From a virus, in the IMG/VR virus record IMGVR_UViG_3300035183_000096, positions 32,001-96,000 of that record: DNA of 64,000 nucleotides, one strand, 5' to 3'. Made by a program: the position numbers and the translations under genes. Positions 57,087 to 64,000 of this stretch are shown here, in pieces. Position 1 is the first letter of the stretch. Each line of letters begins with the position of its first letter. The notes beneath the pieces are model-generated. The model had not been told where the DNA came from. It saw only the letters and a list, made by a program, of their open reading frames with translations, and ran no database searches.

Positions 57087-59228
57087 TTACTCGTCGGTTA
57101 GTCCGATAATACAAGCTACAGCTTGAATGGTTCTTATATCCTCTATACTTGGTTCAGCGTTTACTTTAGTCATAAAATCCAATAGAGTATTAGCATATAT
57201 ACGACGAACATTGTCTGGAACTTGCACTGGATTACTAATAATCCCAGCAACAGTTTCCTCTTCTATTTTTTTAAGAGGCTTAAGATTGGCTAAAACTCTA
57301 AATCTTAACTCTTCAAGAACTTGTGCTTCTTCGTCGCTTAATTGACGTAGATTCTTTTTGCCACATGATTCAAGATACACCGGAGTTAAAATATCTGTTA
57401 TAATTCTTTGAGCTTCTTTAGCCCATGCTACCATAGAAGCAAATTCTGCCTTACTACGAGGCTTGACAATTTTTTGCTTACGCTTATTACTATCCTTTGA
57501 GTTTTTCGGCCTACCTTGTTGTGGTTGTCCTTTTTGTTTAGGACTTCCTGGTAAACCCAAAGGAGCTTTAGGTATGGTTTGTCGCATTAAGATTTTCTTT
57601 GTATCCAAACTACTTTTAATACCAACATCTTCTGGGCGTATTAAACCTCGCTGTAAGGCAATCCTTTTCATTTCTTCAAGATTACCCGTCCTATGGTATG
57701 GAGAGGTTTTTTCTGGTAATGCACCTAACTTACGCTGACGATATTCTCTCTTCATACGAATGTTTTCTAGCTCAGGAATCAGATTAAACCTTTCCATTAG
57801 AGCTTCACCAGAAATAAGGTCGCGGTCAGCTAACTGAACTAATAAAGCCTTTTCAGCGTCTTCACTTGTTAATGAAATCTTATCAAAAACTAATTTGGCT
57901 GGTTCGTTCCAACCTAGAGCCTTCTGTACTAAACGTAGTTGGTGATTCCAGAACATAATTAAGATATTTCTAACATAGTTAAGTCTTTCAATGAGTGTCT
58001 TAAGACTTACAGCGTTGTTAGTAAAACCACCGGAGCTGTCACCAGTAAGTGTGCTAGGAATACCTAAACCAGCATAGATATTACGAAGACTTTGTTCGTA
58101 TTTAGCTGAACCAATAAACTTATCTATATCTGTTGATATTTCTTCAACTTTTAGGTCTGGCCCCCATATGATGTCAATGGTGCCACCAGAACCTAATGCC
58201 ATTAACATATTATTAAGTTTGACGAAAGCCGCTGGACCAGGAACAAATTGGTGTTCCAGGCTACCCAACTTCCACACTCTAATACGGGAAGCAGCAGCAT
58301 CTAACGCCGTTCTATCTGCTAATCTAGCTTTTTGGTAGTCAATTAAATCATCCAATATACAATAATGGATTGGGTCCGCCCATGTTTGCCAATCATCTTT
58401 TTTATAATGATAAACAAACGTTTTATCGTCAGGAAGTGGTATATATTTAGCCCCACTTTTTACTAGACTAAGCAATTCGGCAGGTAAGTTTGCTACAAGT
58501 TCTACTACCTTTGGGTCATTAGTAGAACGCATAGCTCTCATTACATTTTCAGGAACCCTTAAAACATATCTGGAAACACCAACGAAAGCTGCAACTTCCT
58601 CACCAACCACTTCAACATCAATTGGATTAAGAAATGTGTACTTCCAAGGGATTTCGTTTTTCTCTGTTGTAGATAAATCTTCTGGATTGGTAATATCAGG
58701 AGCGGCGGATGTTTTTGTCAACTTTTCTACTCTACGAGCGTTTAATTTAGCTGTAGTCATCTTAACCACAGTATTACCAGCCCTCATAAGTATGTTGGAA
58801 AATCTTTCTGAGCGTTCTTTACCATTTACTTTTTCAAACCAAGCCTTAGCTACCTTATCCTTAGCTTTGTTGGTATGCACAACATTTATGCCCTGAGTAA
58901 CAAAGTCAGACATTAAATCAATTACATTGTGAACGATACCAATTTTACGAGCAGCCTCCATACACTCCTTTATATTTTCTTTTTGCCTACGAGGAGTTTG
59001 CTCATTCTTACGGAAGTAGTAGTAGTCGTTATTAGAGTATCCATCCCTTACAGATACATTGGGAGCTACATTTTGGAACGTATTCCATGCAGAAGAGCGG
59101 TGTATTGGGTCGAAATTTTGTGTAGCATTAGCTGACATAGTTAGGGCTTCGGCCTTACTCTTTGCATTATCCCATGTTATATACATAGGACCAGTTTGAT
59201 GTCTTGTCTTCATATACTTAGCAGGCAT
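57087..59228 (-). CDS. Portal protein
   Basis: Follows TerL; IVHNVIDLM.DF, Y.FLNP, stem-clip-stem arrangement ending IYAGLGIP..L. Confidence 0.85.
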   Translation of the reverse strand: MPAKYMKTRHQTGPMYITWDNAKSKAEALTMSANATQNFDPIHRSSAWNTFQNVAPNVSVRDGYSNNDYYYFRKNEQTPRRQKENIKECMEAARKIGIVHNVIDLMSDFVTQGINVVHTNKAKDKVAKAWFEKVNGKERSERFSNILMRAGNTVVKMTTAKLNARRVEKLTKTSAAPDITNPEDLSTTEKNEIPWKYTFLNPIDVEVVGEEVAAFVGVSRYVLRVPENVMRAMRSTNDPKVVELVANLPAELLSLVKSGAKYIPLPDDKTFVYHYKKDDWQTWADPIHYCILDDLIDYQKARLADRTALDAAASRIRVWKLGSLEHQFVPGPAAFVKLNNMLMALGSGGTIDIIWGPDLKVEEISTDIDKFIGSAKYEQSLRNIYAGLGIPSTLTGDSSGGFTNNAVSLKTLIERLNYVRNILIMFWNHQLRLVQKALGWNEPAKLVFDKISLTSEDAEKALLVQLADRDLISGEALMERFNLIPELENIRMKREYRQRKLGALPEKTSPYHRTGNLEEMKRIALQRGLIRPEDVGIKSSLDTKKILMRQTIPKAPLGLPGSPKQKGQPQQGRPKNSKDSNKRKQKIVKPRSKAEFASMVAWAKEAQRIITDILTPVYLESCGKKNLRQLSDEEAQVLEELRFRVLANLKPLKKIEEETVAGIISNPVQVPDNVRRIYANTLLDFMTKVNAEPSIEDIRTIQAVACIIGLTDE

Positions 59229-59264
59229 ATTGATATTCCTCTAATTGAATTGTAATTCTATTAG

Positions 59265-59278
59265 TTATCATACACCTG
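59265..59278 (-). promoter_or_regulatory. GGTGTATGATAA putative late promoter
   Basis: Intergenic, upstream of the portal's GAGGA RBS. Confidence 0.55.
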
Positions 59279-59279
59279 A

Positions 59280-61397
59280 TTAACTCCTGACGATAACAGA
59301 GAACTTGCAATTTCCATCAACTTGGCTAGAATACCAGTGAGCGCCAAGATACATAGACTGACCTTGACTTTTGCTTACCTCTTCTTTCTTAACTTGTCCT
59401 ACCACGCCTCCGATATTGTGATATTCTGGTTTTTCTGGCGCGCGTTGTATAGTACGAGCCGCCATATTAGCGATAAGAAGTGCGGAGTATCTATCCTTAC
59501 GAAGCCTACCCTTCTTTTGCATACCCGGAGTCTTAATCTCAGGCGTGTCCCAACGCTCGCGACCATTTGAGGTTTGGGTGTGCTGAATACTAGCTAATTC
59601 TTCCTTAAGTTCCTCAATCTCAATCATACAATCTTCAAGAGTATCCTCTCTTGGTACACCATAGTCTTTTTCATACTGGTTATCTTCTTCGCCAGCTAAT
59701 TGTATTTCAACGGCATCAAATCTAGGTAGTAATAGAACCTTGTCTTCAAAGTCTTTTTTCATACCATGATTTGCTTCACTTACCCATTTACCATCTGAGA
59801 AATTAACTAACTCAACGAGATGTAAGCCAGCATAGCTGTCACTATCTTTCGGCTCATCTGGGTCACGAACAGGCCATATTGGCAATTCTCCGGGGTACAT
59901 CTTGTCGGTGTCGTAAAGAGCTTCAGCTACCTCACGCCCGCCGCCTTCAGCATCCATAACAATACGTTCACAAGGGAATGTCTTCATAAGCTCGCGAATT
60001 TTACGGGCACAATAAGCATAAAATTGATGTTCTTTAATAATACCCTTTTGAAACTTTTCCTTAAATCTTTTCCTATCTGTTGTCCAAACATAAACAACAC
60101 GACGATGTTCCGGCCAAAGCTCAAGTAAGGTTATAGCAAAATTATCGCGTTCGGAGGCTGGGTCAATTCCATAAACATATCTACGTTTTGGATGACCTTT
60201 AATAGTAGCAGAAAATTGCACTGGAATACCACTTATATAGATTGGGTGGCGGGTAACGCATGTTTCAACTAATGTACGCTTAAAAAAACCATCACTGTCG
60301 CCCACAAAGACTGCTCCGTACTCCATTTCATAAGCTGCTTTGTGTAAGGTAGCTTTGTTAGAAGCAATCTGGGTGGCGTCAAAGTAACCTTCTTGTAGTA
60401 AGTCAACGGGTATGCGAATTATACAATAATCTTTCCAGTTAAGGGCAGCCATATTTTCGGTATCACCGCCCATCATTTCAGCCAACTTGGCTTGATTACC
60501 TTTGCTTGAAATAATAGCTTTATACTTCTTCCAATACTTAGCAAAATTACGAAAGCTATATGATGCTGTGCCGGAGATGATAACCTGATTACGTTTGGAC
60601 TCAAACAATTCTTTTGCTCTTACTTGATTATCTTCGTTAATAAAACCTAACTCTTGCATAGCCTTATAGCTTGCTTTACGCTCCATATTCTCAATTGGGT
60701 TGTCTGATACAACAGTAAAACCTTTAATAACGGTTTCAAAAATTTCGGTATCAATAGCATCAAACTCATCAGCAACAATAGTGTTGGCGCGCAAACCTCT
60801 AATCTTCTCACCATTACCAATAGGTAGAGCAGTAATAACACTGTCAGCCAGAATCATTTCATGACGGTCTATATTACGATGTGGGCCATTTCTTAAGCCA
60901 CGGGCACCAGTATCACCAAGTAAATCTCTTAATATATCTGCCTTATACCATATAGTTTCACCATACTCAGACAATAATTTACTTTGACGAAAACCGGCGC
61001 CCGTTAGAATAATCTTTGAGCCTTGTTTAATAAGGCCTTTATACATAACATAGAACGCTAATGTAAAGGTCTTAGACATACCACGACTACCCACCAATAA
61101 TGGAAATGGGTGGTCCCACAACAACCTAATTAAAGCCACCTGCATTGGCGACAATTTTACATTAAAAATATGTTTAGCTGTAAAATGAACGTAGTTTACA
61201 TCAGTAATAAGTTTAACTAGATACTTATGTGGTCTCTCTATATCCTCACGAGTAATGTGAGCTAGAGGATTATCAATTTCCCGGCCTATTAAATCAGGTA
61301 AGTTTAACCACGCTCTTTTTACATACTGTTTCGCTAACTCTGGGTCACTTTTTATTTCTTCTAGGCTTAGTCGCGGGTCTTTCTTTTTCGCGCTCAT
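59280..61397 (-). CDS. terL: Terminase large subunit
   Basis: L.P.Q adenine-binding motif, Walker A GSRGMSKT, IRGLRA, Walker B IVADE, SGTA, RNase H YGIDPA, KDRYSA. Confidence 0.92.
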   Translation of the reverse strand: MSAKKKDPRLSLEEIKSDPELAKQYVKRAWLNLPDLIGREIDNPLAHITREDIERPHKYLVKLITDVNYVHFTAKHIFNVKLSPMQVALIRLLWDHPFPLLVGSRGMSKTFTLAFYVMYKGLIKQGSKIILTGAGFRQSKLLSEYGETIWYKADILRDLLGDTGARGLRNGPHRNIDRHEMILADSVITALPIGNGEKIRGLRANTIVADEFDAIDTEIFETVIKGFTVVSDNPIENMERKASYKAMQELGFINEDNQVRAKELFESKRNQVIISGTASYSFRNFAKYWKKYKAIISSKGNQAKLAEMMGGDTENMAALNWKDYCIIRIPVDLLQEGYFDATQIASNKATLHKAAYEMEYGAVFVGDSDGFFKRTLVETCVTRHPIYISGIPVQFSATIKGHPKRRYVYGIDPASERDNFAITLLELWPEHRRVVYVWTTDRKRFKEKFQKGIIKEHQFYAYCARKIRELMKTFPCERIVMDAEGGGREVAEALYDTDKMYPGELPIWPVRDPDEPKDSDSYAGLHLVELVNFSDGKWVSEANHGMKKDFEDKVLLLPRFDAVEIQLAGEEDNQYEKDYGVPREDTLEDCMIEIEELKEELASIQHTQTSNGRERWDTPEIKTPGMQKKGRLRKDRYSALLIANMAARTIQRAPEKPEYHNIGGVVGQVKKEEVSKSQGQSMYLGAHWYSSQVDGNCKFSVIVRS

Positions 61398-61866
61398 TAA
61401 CTAATTCCACCATTCTTTTCATTAGACAGGAGGCTATACGATGACCGTTACCACTTCCGGCCAATATAAACTTGGTTTTGTACTTAAGTTGAAACTCCAT
61501 CAACTTTGCAAGAATAAGACGTGGGGATATTTTTGCCAAACTCTTCCAATACATTTTTGGTATGCCAGAATTTTCGGGAAAGTTAAGGATGTCATCCATA
61601 TTAAACTCTAAGACAACATATGGAAACTCAAACTCCTGTAATCTCTCTAATTCTTTTATAAATCTTGCCTCAAGTATATTGCGGGAAAACTCTGATGTAT
61701 TTGCCTTACGCTCAATAACAAATATGTTTTCCAAACCCTTTAACGTATAATCACCAGTTGGTAAGGCTTCAATTACTGTACCATTACACCAATCGCAAGG
61801 ACTAAACATCCATCCATGCCCCTCCTTTTCCCTTGTGTCTCTAACTACTGTATATAGTTTATTCAT
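61345..61866 (-). CDS. ERCC4/XPF-like nuclease
   Basis: RDTREK, LPTGDY, IERK, RF..ELERL. Confidence 0.85.
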   Translation of the reverse strand: MNKLYTVVRDTREKEGHGWMFSPCDWCNGTVIEALPTGDYTLKGLENIFVIERKANTSEFSRNILEARFIKELERLQEFEFPYVVLEFNMDDILNFPENSGIPKMYWKSLAKISPRLILAKLMEFQLKYKTKFILAGSGNGHRIASCLMKRMVELVNEREKERPATKPRRNKK

Positions 61867-62923
61867 TATTATTACACCTTTGAATATCATGATTAACCAT
61901 TTCATAAACAAGTTCATCAAAACTTATAGTAGTCTTCCAACCAAGTTTTTCGCGCGTATAGGTGCTATCACCTAATAAGTACGGCACTTCAAGTGGACGA
62001 ATAAACTTAGGGTCTATTTCTACGATTTTAGCAAGAGAAAGGTTAGGAATATAATAAGATGAATGATTTGATAACCATCTTACGAAAACCGCATATGCTT
62101 TTTCTAAGAACTCTTGTATTGTATGAGTTTCCATAGATGAAAATACAAAGTCTTCGGGCTTATCGAGTTGCATCATACGCCAAAAACCGTCAACACAATC
62201 GCGGGCGTGCGACCAATCGCGTTTGGTTGTTAATGTACCCAAATGTAGTTTTGGATAGTTCATTTCGCCTGTAAGATTAAAGATAACTTTATCGTTTATA
62301 ATAGCAGCGGCTAACTCACCAAAGTATTTAGTTATCTTACGAGTAACAAAGTTTTCGCCGCGTCTTGGGCTTTCATGATTAAAGCATATGGCGGACGCCG
62401 CATATAAGCCAAAACTCTCTCTATAAACTTTAGTCATTTGGAAAGCCGCTGTTTTAGCAACAGCATAAGGACTACGAGGATTAAAAGGTGTTGTTATACG
62501 TTGGTGCCCATCATCATCACAGGCATCGCCGAACTGTTCGCTAGAACCAGCATAAAAGTAACGGGTATCAGGCTTAATGGTGCGAATTGCTTCAAGACAA
62601 TTTAAGCACCCTACCGCGGTAGATTGAAAACACGATGAAGGTTCAGCCCAACTAATGTGAACGTGACTCATAGCGGCAAAATTGTATATTTCATCCGGCT
62701 TAACTTCGCTTATGATTCGAGTAACAGAACCGGCGTCAGTTACATCGCCGCTATGTAAATGAATTTGATTTAATACTTTAGGCTCAAATCTGGTTGTATT
62801 TGGTACTGAGGTGCGTCTAGCCACACCATGTACGTCATATCCTTTAGCAAGAAGGAAATCAGTCATATATGAGCCATCTTGTCCTGTGATTCCGAATATC
62901 AACGCTTTCTTTTTATTCACCAT
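61859..62923 (-). CDS. gmd: GDP-mannose 4,6-dehydratase
   Basis: GITGQDGSY, PDEIYN.AA.SHV..S, SSE.FG, PRSPYAVAK, FNHESPRRGENFVTRKI, RDWSHA.D. Confidence 0.96.
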   Translation of the reverse strand: MVNKKKALIFGITGQDGSYMTDFLLAKGYDVHGVARRTSVPNTTRFEPKVLNQIHLHSGDVTDAGSVTRIISEVKPDEIYNFAAMSHVHISWAEPSSCFQSTAVGCLNCLEAIRTIKPDTRYFYAGSSEQFGDACDDDGHQRITTPFNPRSPYAVAKTAAFQMTKVYRESFGLYAASAICFNHESPRRGENFVTRKITKYFGELAAAIINDKVIFNLTGEMNYPKLHLGTLTTKRDWSHARDCVDGFWRMMQLDKPEDFVFSSMETHTIQEFLEKAYAVFVRWLSNHSSYYIPNLSLAKIVEIDPKFIRPLEVPYLLGDSTYTREKLGWKTTISFDELVYEMVNHDIQRCNNNE

Positions 62924-63728
62924 CGCCCTCTTCTTCCTCTAACATTTGAATGGTTTTAGAACATAATATGGGCTGGTCAACAAGCCCATCCATGTATTTA
63001 TGAGGCTTAGCCAGCCTTTTTAATTCTCTCTCGCCAGCCATCCTCATTAGTTCCATCTCTTCGCCCTCGTGTTTTCTGAAGGATTCATTATCAAACGCCC
63101 TTAATAACTCAACGACTTCCTTCTTTGCGCCTTCTTCATTCTTGCGAATCTGGTCCCTAGTGCCCTTAATATCCCTAATTTGCTTCTGCCACTTATCCAT
63201 ATAATCATTAACGTTGGCAACGACCCTAGTTAATGCGGCGCGAGTATTAGTTATAAGCTCGTGTAACTTAGCTATTCTGGGCTTCTTAACCTTTTCTTCA
63301 TCCAGGCTATCATCATTACGAACCTCTTCTATTTCAAGTTGCCAGGCAATTATGCTATCTTCCATTTGCTTACGCTGAATGAGTGTTTTACTGATTAACA
63401 ATTCATAAGTTACGGCCAATACTATTTGACTACGTTCACTTGGCTTAATATCATTCTTGAACTGTAACGTAAGCTCTACATACTTATGTTCAAAAATAGC
63501 CATTTCGTCTTCAGCGAATTGTCTTTTGATTTGATTGTATTCTGGCCTATTTCTGAAGTCAGCAATAATCTCTTGAGCCTCTTCATAATTCTCCTCCTCT
63601 TTCATTACACTTATGATAAAGTCTTCGGTGCGGTCTAACATTATAGCTATTTCTGCTGGCGTCTTCTTTCTTGCGTTATCTCTTATTGTTTTAATTTCCG
63701 TAGCACTTGGTCTTCCACGTTTAGGCAT
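62913..63728 (-). CDS. Terminase small subunit candidate
   Basis: N-terminal HTH (TPAEIAIMLDRT) plus long helices; upstream of TerL. Confidence 0.45.
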   Translation of the reverse strand: MPKRGRPSATEIKTIRDNARKKTPAEIAIMLDRTEDFIISVMKEEENYEEAQEIIADFRNRPEYNQIKRQFAEDEMAIFEHKYVELTLQFKNDIKPSERSQIVLAVTYELLISKTLIQRKQMEDSIIAWQLEIEEVRNDDSLDEEKVKKPRIAKLHELITNTRAALTRVVANVNDYMDKWQKQIRDIKGTRDQIRKNEEGAKKEVVELLRAFDNESFRKHEGEEMELMRMAGERELKRLAKPHKYMDGLVDQPILCSKTIQMLEEEEGDGE

Positions 63729-63999
63729 TCTTCCTCACCTCAAATATCGTTGCTATATACCTTTGTAACTTCTCCCTCTCAGTTTTCCGTAACTTTCCAC
63801 CGCCCTTAGCCTTTTCCCAAAAAACTTGAAGAGTTTTAGGTAGATTACGCTCAATTATCGCTATGATTTCACGGAGTTCCACGTCCTTAACCACAGAAGA
63901 TTTTTTGGAGATTTGACTATCGAAAATGAGACTTATATCAACTGGATAGAGTAAACCTTGTTTGTTAGCATTACGTCTAGTCCAATTAGCAAATTTAAT
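63721..63999 (-). CDS. 3' end of a gene missing from the ORF track (possible phage sigma-like/transcription factor)
   Basis: Open frame ..WTRRNANKQGLLYPVDI..VELREIIAIIERNLPKTLQVFWEKAKGGGKLRKTEREKLQRYIATIFEVRKNA*; its stop overlaps the next ATG. Confidence 0.5.
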   Translation of the reverse strand: MKFANWTRRNANKQGLLYPVDISLIFDSQISKKSSVVKDVELREIIAIIERNLPKTLQVFWEKAKGGGKLRKTEREKLQRYIATIFEVRKNA

Positions 64000-64000
64000 A

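Noticed and set aside
35299-59570. Plus-strand ORFs antisense to structural genes (e.g. 55515-56114, 45762-46205), and minus-strand ORFs within the replication arm (e.g. 17040-17648)
   Set aside because: They lie fully inside well-supported genes on the opposite strand, with shadow-like S/L/F-rich composition and no recognisable motifs.
61867-61880. AAGGTGTAATAAT, and AAGGTGTATGAT at 52721-52732, as further late promoters
   Set aside because: Both sit at Shine-Dalgarno distance from start codons, so AAGGTG is explained as an RBS; ambiguous and not counted.
1-64000. Stop-codon reassignment
   Set aside because: Genes are full length and densely packed under the standard code, and TAA, TAG and TGA all occur as real stops.

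Overview
This window is a 64-kb internal segment of a large, AT-rich dsDNA tailed phage (Caudoviricetes) using the standard genetic code. A tape measure and tail tube are present but no sheath is visible, so it is siphovirus-like. It has two convergent arms that meet at a bidirectional terminator (~29114-29158). The + arm (1-29108) carries nucleotide metabolism and replication/recombination genes: class II RNR, HNH, RecA/UvsX, DnaB, DnaG, dNMP kinase, Cas4-like exonuclease, dUTPase, a DnaE polymerase split into two genes around UDG and a DnaQ exonuclease (with a mini-intein in the second half), and SSB. These are followed by an ~8-kb glycosyltransferase/methyltransferase/PhoH cluster and small accessory ORFs. 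The - arm (64000 to 29157) is the morphogenesis operon: a partial sigma-like ORF, TerS candidate, gmd, ERCC4 nuclease, TerL, portal, protease/scaffold, decoration, MCP, head-tail genes, tail tube, chaperones, a 2.7-kaa tape measure, LamG fibre, tail tip genes and a holin. Most striking observations: (1) a free-standing 90-aa paralog of the phage's own portal clip domain on the opposite arm; (2) a tape measure built like a polyprotein, with four repeated AxGG...VPAxLxxGEYV modules bracketing a PD-(D/E)XK nuclease-like cargo; (3) an intein-independent split DnaE; (4) duplicated tail chaperones instead of a G/GT frameshift; (5) a recurrent GGKGTA late-promoter motif; (6) apparent near-total GATC avoidance. 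All calls come from motif recognition by eye; no searches were run.
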